A stretch of 39,265 nucleotides of DNA from an uncultured Flavobacteriales bacterium (GTDB lineage: Bacteria > Bacteroidota > Bacteroidia > Flavobacteriales > UBA7312). A program made the translations under genes and the position numbers. The DNA lies in the NCBI GenBank assembly GCA_964009845.1, contig CAXGIQ010000002.1:1-39265 (forward strand). Reading direction: 5' to 3'. Below the pieces are notes generated by a model, which saw nothing but the letters and a program-made list of their open reading frames with translations, did not search any database and was not told the origin of the DNA. Below are positions 1 through 6,636 of the stretch, piece by piece (position 1 is the stretch's first letter; each line of letters starts with the position of its first letter).

Positions 1-1
1 T

Positions 2-298
2 CTTATACACTCAGAATACGGAATGACTGAAATGCTATCACAAGCCTATTCTAAAGGAAATGGGCGTTTCAGCACACCTCACTGGATGCATGTGTTTTCT
101 AGAGATATAGAAGATCCTTTTAGCTTAACAAAGAATGGAAAGACAGGAGGGCTTAATATCATTGATTTAGCTAACATACATTCTTGTGCATTCATTGCTA
201 CGCAAGACTTAGGACGTGTATATACCGATCAAACTTTTGAAGTATTAGGGCGTTTTGAACAGTCCGATATTCGAGGATGCAACCTATTAGTTCAATGA
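2..298 (+). CDS. C-terminal fragment of a LuxE/PaaK-like adenylate-forming acyl-protein synthetase (acyl transferase); the 5' end lies outside the window
   Basis: The frame is open from base 2 (LIHSEYGMTEMLSQAYSKGNG...). The YGMTE..SQ motif and the C-terminal EVLGRFEQSDIRGCNLLV recall LuxE-family enzymes. The stop TGA at 296-298 overlaps the next ATG (ATGA). Confidence 0.55.
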   Translation, partial: LIHSEYGMTEMLSQAYSKGNGRFSTPHWMHVFSRDIEDPFSLTKNGKTGGLNIIDLANIHSCAFIATQDLGRVYTDQTFEVLGRFEQSDIRGCNLLVQ

Positions 299-795
299 GA
301 ATAACATTAGCACATCCACAAGATTTAGATGCCATCATGGAGATGTATAACTCCTGTGTGCAGGGTATGCTCGCATTAGGCATTGACCAATGGGATGAGA
401 GTTATCCTAATCGAACAATTATTGAACAGGATTTAAAAGAGGGTTGTTACTATATTGCTATTATAGAGAATGAAATTGTTGCTGGCATGCGTGTTGACAA
501 CATCCAAGATCCAACATACCTTGATATCAACTGGAAAGATAAAACCAACAACTTCATGGTGGTTCATCGATTAGGGTCAAAAACTAAAGTATGGAATAAA
601 GGAATAGGTAAACAAATGATGGATTTTGCCGAAAATATAGCTATTGAAAGTGGCTGCTCTTCATTTCGACTGGACACCTATAGTCACAACCCAAAAGCTA
701 TGGAATTTTATAAAAAACTAGGATATCAGCAATTAGGACATATTAACTTAAAGCCTGACAAAGACATTTACTATTGCTTTGAAAAGGTGTTTTAA
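295..795 (+). CDS. GNAT-family N-acetyltransferase
   Basis: ATG 295 (MRITLAHPQDLDAI...) forms an ATGA overlap with the upstream stop. An acetyl-CoA-binding motif-A-like stretch is present (VHRLGSKTKVWNKGIGKQMMDFAE). The ORF-track start at 277 is possible but overlaps the upstream gene by 22 nt. Confidence 0.8.
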   Translation: MRITLAHPQDLDAIMEMYNSCVQGMLALGIDQWDESYPNRTIIEQDLKEGCYYIAIIENEIVAGMRVDNIQDPTYLDINWKDKTNNFMVVHRLGSKTKVWNKGIGKQMMDFAENIAIESGCSSFRLDTYSHNPKAMEFYKKLGYQQLGHINLKPDKDIYYCFEKVF

Positions 796-819
796 TTAAG
801 GATTTTTTATCTTGCGAAC

Positions 820-1239
820 ATGATTACAAAAGAACAAGTTTTAGCTGCACAAGATGCTTGGGGAAATGGCATTGTAGCAATAGGAAAGGGAGTGCAAGAT
901 GCTCGAGATTTTGTCAATAAAATGTATGTGGCTGGTGCACTTTTCAAGCCAACAATGGCTAAGGAGCAACCATTCAGAATTGAAGAAGATGATGCTGTAT
1001 CTTACTTTGTAGGAGGATGTTGTGCAGAAGATAGTGGCTTTGCTTTAAAACCATGGTCGGCAGTTAGATTTGTGAATGCGGACATTATTATTAATGGTAA
1101 TCAAGCTTTAGCTATGGGTCACTACTTCTTTACCAATAATGGAGAAGAAACAATGGTAGAATATTCATTTGGATACTCTTTAGTAGATGGTGAATTGAAA
1201 ATTAATCTACATCACTCTTCTTTACCTTGTCCGGAATAG
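820..1239 (+). CDS. Small conserved hypothetical protein, possibly NTF2/SnoaL-like fold
   Basis: 139-aa ORF with no signal peptide. The N-terminus (EQVLAAQDAWGNGIVAIGK) resembles small NTF2-like proteins. No function can be assigned by eye. Confidence 0.45.
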   Translation: MITKEQVLAAQDAWGNGIVAIGKGVQDARDFVNKMYVAGALFKPTMAKEQPFRIEEDDAVSYFVGGCCAEDSGFALKPWSAVRFVNADIIINGNQALAMGHYFFTNNGEETMVEYSFGYSLVDGELKINLHHSSLPCPE

Positions 1240-1243
1240 AAAA

Positions 1244-2512
1244 CTACTTTATAATAATTAAGAAGTAATTCTTTTTACCCTTTTGGACTAAAATATATTT
1301 GTTGGAAATCAAATCAGCGCTGCTGATTTGTTTTTCCTCATTTGCCTTCTCTTTATTGATGCTTACGGCATTGCTTTTAAGCATTCTTCGCGCCTCTCCT
1401 TTAGAACCGAAGACTTGTGTTTTCTCGGCTAAGAAATCAACGATTCCACAATCAAAATCATTAGCAGAAACTTCAAATTGAGGCACCCCATCAAAAACGG
1501 ATAAGAAAGTTTCCTCATCTAAAGATTTTAAATCATCCGCTGTTGATTTTCCAAACAAAATATTAGATGCTTTGGTAGCCATATCTAAATCTTCAGCAGA
1601 GTGCACACGCGTAGTCACCTCATCAGCCAATGCTTTTTGTAATACTCTTAAATGTGGCGCGTGTTCATGCTCTGTAATAATCGCATTGATTTTTTCCCGA
1701 GATTTCAAAGTAAATATCTTAATATAATTTTTGGCATCTTCATCAGAGGAATTTAACCAAAACTGATAAAATTTATAGGGTGAGGTTTTAGTCTTATCTA
1801 ACCAAACATTGCCTTCTTCTGTTTTACCAAACTTACCTCCATCAGCTTTTTTAATTAATGGAGTAGTTACAGCAAATGCCTGCCCCCCACCTTTTCTTCT
1901 AATTAGCTCCGTTCCTGTAACAATGTTTCCCCATTGGTCTGATCCACCTAATTGCACCATGCAGTTTTTGTTTTTCCAAAGCCAGTAAAAATCGTAGCCC
2001 TGCACCAATTGATAAGAAAATTCAGTAAAGCTCATCCCTGTTTCTAATCGGCTTTTTACAGAGTCTTTTGCCATCATATAATTCACAGACATATGTTTAC
2101 CTACGTCTCGAATAAAATCAAGAAATGAGAATTCTTTAAACCAATCGAAATTATTCACTACTTCTGCTGAGTTTTCTCCGCAATCAAAATCTAAAAATTT
2201 TTCCAGCTGAGCTTGCATGCACTTAAGATTGTGATTCAAAGTTTCTTCATCCAAAAGGTTACGTTCTTTTGATTTTCCAGAAGGATCACCCACCAGTCCA
2301 GTAGCACCCCCAACCAAAGCAACTGGTTTATGTCCCGCTTTTTGCAAGTGTACCAAAATCATGATTTGTACCAAAGAACCAATATGAAGCGAATCGGCAG
2401 TAGGATCAAAACCAATATAGGCTGAAGTCATCTCCTTTGCAAATTGCTCTTGAGTACCAGGCATGATATCATGAATCATCCCTCTCCATTTTAATTCTTC
2501 TACAAAATTCAT
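1244..2512 (-). CDS. tyrS: Tyrosine--tRNA ligase
   Basis: 422 aa. Class I signatures are present: HIGS (DSLHIGSL) and a KMSKS variant (KFGKTEEG). The C-terminus has an S4-like domain. Confidence 0.95.
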   Translation of the reverse strand: MNFVEELKWRGMIHDIMPGTQEQFAKEMTSAYIGFDPTADSLHIGSLVQIMILVHLQKAGHKPVALVGGATGLVGDPSGKSKERNLLDEETLNHNLKCMQAQLEKFLDFDCGENSAEVVNNFDWFKEFSFLDFIRDVGKHMSVNYMMAKDSVKSRLETGMSFTEFSYQLVQGYDFYWLWKNKNCMVQLGGSDQWGNIVTGTELIRRKGGGQAFAVTTPLIKKADGGKFGKTEEGNVWLDKTKTSPYKFYQFWLNSSDEDAKNYIKIFTLKSREKINAIITEHEHAPHLRVLQKALADEVTTRVHSAEDLDMATKASNILFGKSTADDLKSLDEETFLSVFDGVPQFEVSANDFDCGIVDFLAEKTQVFGSKGEARRMLKSNAVSINKEKANEEKQISSADLISNKYILVQKGKKNYFLIIIK

Positions 2513-2529
2513 TTGCTGTGTGTTTATGG

Positions 2530-2537
2530 CAAATATA
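2530..2537 (-). promoter_or_regulatory. Bacteroidota -7 promoter box (TATATTTG on the minus strand) for tyrS
   Basis: The reverse complement of caaatata matches the TAnnTTTG consensus. It lies 17 nt upstream of the tyrS start codon. Confidence 0.5.
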
Positions 2538-2570
2538 AGTAATGTGATTCTTCAAGGCACATTTTTTCGA

Positions 2571-2578
2571 TACCTTTG
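2571..2578 (+). promoter_or_regulatory. Bacteroidota -7 promoter box (TACCTTTG) for the SDR epimerase gene
   Basis: Exact TAnnTTTG match, only 5 nt upstream of ATG 2584. This implies a leaderless or near-leaderless mRNA. Confidence 0.5.
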
Positions 2579-2583
2579 TTTTT

Positions 2584-3582
2584 ATGATTTTAGTTACCGG
2601 AGGAACAGGAATGGTTGGAGCGCATTTGTTGCTTCATTTACTGGAAAAAGGAAAGAAAGTTAAAGCTTTAAAGCGTAAAAGTAGTCACTTAAGTATTACT
2701 GAAAAAGTCTTTAACTATTACCAGCAATCCGATTTTTTAAAGCATATAGAATGGATTGATGGTGATGTGCAAGACATCCCTTCTTTAGAACTAGCCATGC
2801 AAGGCTGCGAAATAGTTTATCACGCAGCGGCTCTTGTTTCTTTTACATCAAAAGATGTAAAAAAAATGTTAGATATAAATGTGCAAGGAACTAGTAATAT
2901 AGTTAATGTAGCATTGAGTCAAAACATTAAAAAACTAGGATATGTCAGTTCTATTGCAGCTCTTAGTCGCTATGAAGATAATGATGAGGTAACAGAAGAA
3001 AATTATTGGAAACCAAATACAAAAAATTCTAATTACGCTATTAGTAAATACCTTTCTGAACAAGAGGTGTGGCGCGGAATCCAAGAGGGACTTCCTGCAT
3101 TGATTATCAATCCATCGGTTATTTTAGGACCTGGTGATTGGAATAGAGGAAGCGCCAAAATATTTCAAAAAGTTTGGGAAGGATTAAAATATTATACTTC
3201 GGGTGGAACAGGTTATGTAGATGTGGTAGATGTATCAAAATCACTTATTGATTTAATGGATAGTGAAGTGGCAAATGAGCGTTACATTGTTAATAGTGAA
3301 AATCTACTATTTCGAACAGTTTTTGATTGGATTGCTGAAGATTTAAATAAACCAAAAGCTAATATTAAAGTTACACCTTTACTTAAAGAAATCGTTTGGA
3401 GATTAGAAGGTATTCGATGTTTTTTTACTAGAAAAACACCTCTTATAACTAAAGAGACAGCAAATCAAGCCATGGCTAAAATGGTTTACTCTAATAAAAA
3501 ATTAAGCGATTTTGGTTTTAAACATACACCCATCAGAGAAAGTATAAAAAAATACAGTGAATGGTTTTTGAAAGAGGTTTAA
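2584..3582 (+). CDS. NAD-dependent epimerase/dehydratase (extended SDR family)
   Basis: 332 aa. It has an N-terminal Rossmann motif (VTGGTGMVGAHL) and a catalytic YxxxK (YAISKYLSE). Confidence 0.85.
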   Translation: MILVTGGTGMVGAHLLLHLLEKGKKVKALKRKSSHLSITEKVFNYYQQSDFLKHIEWIDGDVQDIPSLELAMQGCEIVYHAAALVSFTSKDVKKMLDINVQGTSNIVNVALSQNIKKLGYVSSIAALSRYEDNDEVTEENYWKPNTKNSNYAISKYLSEQEVWRGIQEGLPALIINPSVILGPGDWNRGSAKIFQKVWEGLKYYTSGGTGYVDVVDVSKSLIDLMDSEVANERYIVNSENLLFRTVFDWIAEDLNKPKANIKVTPLLKEIVWRLEGIRCFFTRKTPLITKETANQAMAKMVYSNKKLSDFGFKHTPIRESIKKYSEWFLKEV

Positions 3583-3917
3583 TTTCCTAAATCCGCCTCT
3601 TGCTTTTGAAGTTGCTCTACAACTTCAGTATAAATTTGTTCTAGCAGGTCTGTTTCTTTTATGCTGTAATAAGTCAAACTACTATCTAAAATTTCCTTAC
3701 TGATGTCATGCTTTTCATATAAAAGCTTAAACAAAGAGTCTTCTTGTAGTTGACTAACAGCTTGTGTTTTTCTCCAAACAGAAATCTTTCCTTTTAATAA
3801 ATGTACATCGCTTAAAATGGAGATCATTTTCTTTTCGGATAGCATCTTTTCTGGCAATTCTTTTTGAGAAGTGTTACAAGCTAAAAGTATAAAACAAATT
3901 ATCACTATAAATCTCAT
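3579..3917 (-). CDS. DUF4296-like small lipoprotein
   Basis: 112 aa. The signal peptide has a lipobox (ICFILLAC). The core EKKMISILSDVHLLKG is typical of the DUF4296 family recalled from Flavobacteriia. Its stop overlaps the convergent epimerase stop by 4 nt. Confidence 0.6.
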   Translation of the reverse strand: MRFIVIICFILLACNTSQKELPEKMLSEKKMISILSDVHLLKGKISVWRKTQAVSQLQEDSLFKLLYEKHDISKEILDSSLTYYSIKETDLLEQIYTEVVEQLQKQEADLGN

Positions 3918-3922
3918 GCAAA

Positions 3923-3930
3923 CAAAGCTA
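3923..3930 (-). promoter_or_regulatory. Bacteroidota -7 promoter box (TAGCTTTG on the minus strand) for the DUF4296 gene
   Basis: The reverse complement of caaagcta matches TAnnTTTG. It lies 5 nt upstream of the start codon at 3917. Confidence 0.45.
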
Positions 3931-3955
3931 AAATATTTATCTGTAAAGAAATAGC

Positions 3956-3963
3956 TATATTTG
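3956..3963 (+). promoter_or_regulatory. Bacteroidota -7 promoter box (TATATTTG) for the Cys-rich repeat lipoprotein gene
   Basis: Exact TAnnTTTG match, 28 nt upstream of ATG 3992. Confidence 0.5.
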
Positions 3964-3991
3964 CAAAAGAACTTGAATCAAATAAAGTAAA

Positions 3992-4477
3992 ATGAAAAAG
4001 ATATTATTTGCGCTAGCTATCGCTACCATGGGCTTAGTTGCTTGTGTTGGAGGAACTCAAGATTCTTCTTCTGAATGTACAACTGAAGCTAAAAAAGAAT
4101 GCTGCTCATCTAAAGAAGCTGAAAAAGAATGTTCTTCTGACGAAGCTAAAAAAGAATGCTGCTCATCTAAAGAAGCTAAAAAAGAATGTTCTTCTGACGA
4201 AGCTAAAAAAGAATGCTGCTCATCTAAAGAAGCTAAAAAAGAATGCTGTTCATCTAAAGAAACTAAAAAAGAATGTTCTTCTGACGAAGCTAAAAAAGAA
4301 TGCTGTTCATCTAAAGAAACTAAAAAAGAATGTTCTTCTGACGAAGCTAAAAAAGAATGCTGTTCATCTAAAGAAACTAAAAAAGAATGCTGTTCTTCAA
4401 AAAGCGATAGCTCTCACTCGCATGACCATGGTGATGATGAAGACCATGATCATAATCAAAATGAAGAAGAAAACTAA
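3992..4477 (+). CDS. Cys-rich tandem-repeat lipoprotein with a His/Asp/Glu-rich tail (orphan; putative metal- or thiol-binding)
   Basis: The lipoprotein signal is MKKILFALAIATMGLVAC. It is followed by 11 units of E[AT]KKECCSSK or E[AT][KE]KECSSD, then SHSHDHGDDEDHDHNQNEEEN. The gene has its own promoter box and its own terminator. Confidence 0.7.
   Translation: MKKILFALAIATMGLVACVGGTQDSSSECTTEAKKECCSSKEAEKECSSDEAKKECCSSKEAKKECSSDEAKKECCSSKEAKKECCSSKETKKECSSDEAKKECCSSKETKKECSSDEAKKECCSSKETKKECCSSKSDSSHSHDHGDDEDHDHNQNEEEN
4085..4402 (+). repeat. In-frame tandem repeat of 11 units (27 or 30 nt) with a 57-nt higher-order period
   Basis: 4229-4285 is identical to 4286-4342. 4085-4141 differs from 4142-4198 at a single base (4121 g versus 4178 a). 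Confidence 0.95.
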
Positions 4478-4504
4478 TTATTAAAAGTTTTTAAAAAATC
4501 AAAA

Positions 4505-4531
4505 GACATCCATTAGGGATGTCTTTTTTTT
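4505..4531. terminator. Bidirectional intrinsic terminator shared by the Cys-rich gene (+) and pyrC (-)
   Basis: Hairpin gacatcc-attag-ggatgtc, followed by an 8-nt T run on the plus strand. An A-rich tract precedes it, which reads as a T run on the minus strand. Confidence 0.7.
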
Positions 4532-5879
4532 ATCTATTAAATAAGAGACGTTGTCCTTTTTGGCTTTCATCAAATACACCGTTATAATAGGCTAAATGAC
4601 CGTTTACCCAAGTATGTGTTACTGATGATTGGAATATAGTGCCTTCAAAAGGTGACCAACCACATTTATACAGCACATTTTCTTTACTAACCTCCCAAGG
4701 ATTTTTTAAATCGACTAAAACTAAATCAGCGGCATATCCTTCACGAATAAAGCCTCTATTCTCTATTTGAAAGCAGATAGCTGGCGCATGGCTCATTTTT
4801 TCTACTATTTTTTCTAAAGTGATATTTCCTTGATGATAAAATTCTAACATAGCTGGAAGCGCATGCTGTACTAACGGACCTCCGGAAGGTGCATTGAAGT
4901 AAGTATTGTCTTTTTCTTCTAAGGTATGTGGAGCGTGATCTGTTGCTATCACATCAATTCTATCGTCTAGTAATGCTTGAAAGACAGCAGCTCTATCAGT
5001 TTCTGATTTTACTGCAGGATTCCACTTAATATGTGTTCCTTTTTCAGCATACTTACTTTCTTCAAACCATAGGTGATGAATACAGACTTCTGCTGTAATA
5101 CGCTTTTCAGCTAATGGGATGCTGTTATCGAACAGTTCCATTTCTTTAGCTGTAGAGAGATGAAAAACATGCAGTCGTGTATTGTGTTTTTTAGCTAACT
5201 CTACAGCCATGCTTGAAGATTTATAACATGCTTCTACGCTTCTTATTTTAGGGTGGTATTCTATTGGAATATCCTCACCAAATTGTGCTTTATACAAATC
5301 TGTATTTGTTTGTACCATTGTTTCATCCTCGCAATGCACCGCTATCAACATTGGTGATTTAGCAAAAATTTCTTCCAATACTGTACGGTTATCTACTAAC
5401 ATATTACCAGTAGAAGACCCCATAAAAATCTTTACAGCTCCAACTCTTTTTGGGTCTGTTTTTAACACCTCTTCTAGATTGTCGTTAGAAGCACCCATGA
5501 AGAATGTATAATTAGCCAAAGACACTTGTGCAGCTCTTTGAAATTTCTCTTCCAATAATTCTTGTGTTAATGATTGTGGCTTCGTATTGGGCATCTCCAT
5601 AAAAGAAGTAATCCCTCCTGCAACTGCTGCCTTAGCTTCTGTATAAATTTCTGCTTTATGTGTTAACCCCGGCTCTCTAAAATGTACTTGATCATCTATT
5701 ACACCAGGGATAAGGTACTTACCACTTGCATCTACTACTTGGTCTGCAACACATTCTATATTTTCTGAAATTTCTTGAATTATCCCATTTTGAAGGAACA
5801 CATCTGATTGAAAAATCTTTCCTTCATTAACAATGGTTGCATTTTTAATGAGTGTTTTTACCATTTGCTTTGCGTTCAA
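4530..5879 (-). CDS. pyrC: Dihydroorotase (amidohydrolase superfamily, Bacteroidota type)
   Basis: 449 aa. Metal-site region is VIDDQVHFREPGLTHKAEI; other matches include AVHCED and ATDHAPH. An alternative start at 5861 (MVKTLIKNATIVNEG) would reduce the overlap with the upstream gene. Confidence 0.85.
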   Translation of the reverse strand: MNAKQMVKTLIKNATIVNEGKIFQSDVFLQNGIIQEISENIECVADQVVDASGKYLIPGVIDDQVHFREPGLTHKAEIYTEAKAAVAGGITSFMEMPNTKPQSLTQELLEEKFQRAAQVSLANYTFFMGASNDNLEEVLKTDPKRVGAVKIFMGSSTGNMLVDNRTVLEEIFAKSPMLIAVHCEDETMVQTNTDLYKAQFGEDIPIEYHPKIRSVEACYKSSSMAVELAKKHNTRLHVFHLSTAKEMELFDNSIPLAEKRITAEVCIHHLWFEESKYAEKGTHIKWNPAVKSETDRAAVFQALLDDRIDVIATDHAPHTLEEKDNTYFNAPSGGPLVQHALPAMLEFYHQGNITLEKIVEKMSHAPAICFQIENRGFIREGYAADLVLVDLKNPWEVSKENVLYKCGWSPFEGTIFQSSVTHTWVNGHLAYYNGVFDESQKGQRLLFNR

Positions 5880-6594
5880 ACTTAGTAAACCAACTTATTA
5901 CTTTCATCTGAATTACTCCAATAAATGCTTCGAGAAAGATATCGGAACTCATCTTAGATTCTCCTTCAGTACGGTCTGTAAAAATCACTGGCACTTCTAC
6001 TACATTAAAGCCGTGTTTCCATGCTTTAAACTTCATCTCTATTTGGAAAGCATAACCCACAAACTGAATCTTGTCGAAATTGATGTTTTCCAACACTTCT
6101 CTTCGGTAACACTTATAACCAGCTGTTGAGTCTTGAATAGGAAGTCCTGTGACAAACTTTACATATTTGGATGCAAAATAAGATATTAGCAATCGACTCA
6201 TTGGCCAATTAACAATATTTACTCCATTCACATAGCGAGAGCCTATTGATAAATCTCCTCCTTCTAAACAAGCGCTATGTAATCTAATTAAATCATTAGG
6301 ATCGTGAGAAAAGTCAGCATCCATCTCAAAAACAAACTGATAATCTCTTTCTAACGCCCATTTAAATCCGTGTATATAAGCCGTTCCTAGACCAAGCTTA
6401 CCTGTACGCTCTTCAACATATAATCCTTGAAATTCTTTTTGAAGCGCTTTTACAATATCAGCCGTTCCATCTGGAGATCCGTCATCAACAATCAATACAT
6501 GAAAAGCTTTTTCCAAGAAAAATACTTTACGTAAAATTCGCTCAATATTTTCTTTTTCATTGTAAGTAGGAATGATGATTAAGCTATCTGACAT
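5845..6594 (-). CDS. GT2 polyprenol/dolichol-phosphate mannose synthase-like glycosyltransferase
   Basis: 249 aa. The sequence IIIPTYNEKENI...LIVDDGSPDGT...FEMDADFSHDP is a typical GT-A/Dpm1-like signature. Confidence 0.85.
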   Translation of the reverse strand: MSDSLIIIPTYNEKENIERILRKVFFLEKAFHVLIVDDGSPDGTADIVKALQKEFQGLYVEERTGKLGLGTAYIHGFKWALERDYQFVFEMDADFSHDPNDLIRLHSACLEGGDLSIGSRYVNGVNIVNWPMSRLLISYFASKYVKFVTGLPIQDSTAGYKCYRREVLENINFDKIQFVGYAFQIEMKFKAWKHGFNVVEVPVIFTDRTEGESKMSSDIFLEAFIGVIQMKVISWFTKFERKANGKNTH

Positions 6595-6611
6595 TATTCT
6601 TTATTAGATTA

Positions 6612-6619
6612 CAAAAGTA
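6612..6619 (-). promoter_or_regulatory. Bacteroidota -7 promoter box (TACTTTTG on the minus strand) for the GT2-pyrC unit
   Basis: The reverse complement of caaaagta matches TAnnTTTG. It lies 17 nt upstream of the start at 6594. Confidence 0.45.
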
Positions 6620-6636
6620 AGGAATTGTAGCGGCCC

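Noticed and set aside
4085-4402. Regularly spaced direct repeats that might be mistaken for a CRISPR array
   Set aside because: The units are contiguous with no unique spacers. They are 27/30 nt and in frame inside a CDS. No cas genes are nearby.
4038-4484. 148-aa alternative-frame ORF (LKKLKKNVLLTKLKKNAAH repeats) overlapping the Cys-rich gene
   Set aside because: It is open only because the repeat unit has no stop codon in that frame. It lacks a sensible N-terminus. The 3992 frame begins right after a -7 box and has a canonical lipoprotein signal and lipobox.
5833-6129. 98-aa plus-strand ORF antisense to the GT2 gene
   Set aside because: It is embedded antisense in a conserved glycosyltransferase gene and has no promoter box or recognisable protein features. 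The same applies to the other short antisense ORFs in the track: 198-383, 1299-1481, 6689-6904, 8753-8947, 9974-10180, 13328-13716, 17233-17473, 18251-18995, 21219-21449, 26004-26204, 27790-27972, 29354-29680, 32216-33587, 34301-34650 and 36207-36506.
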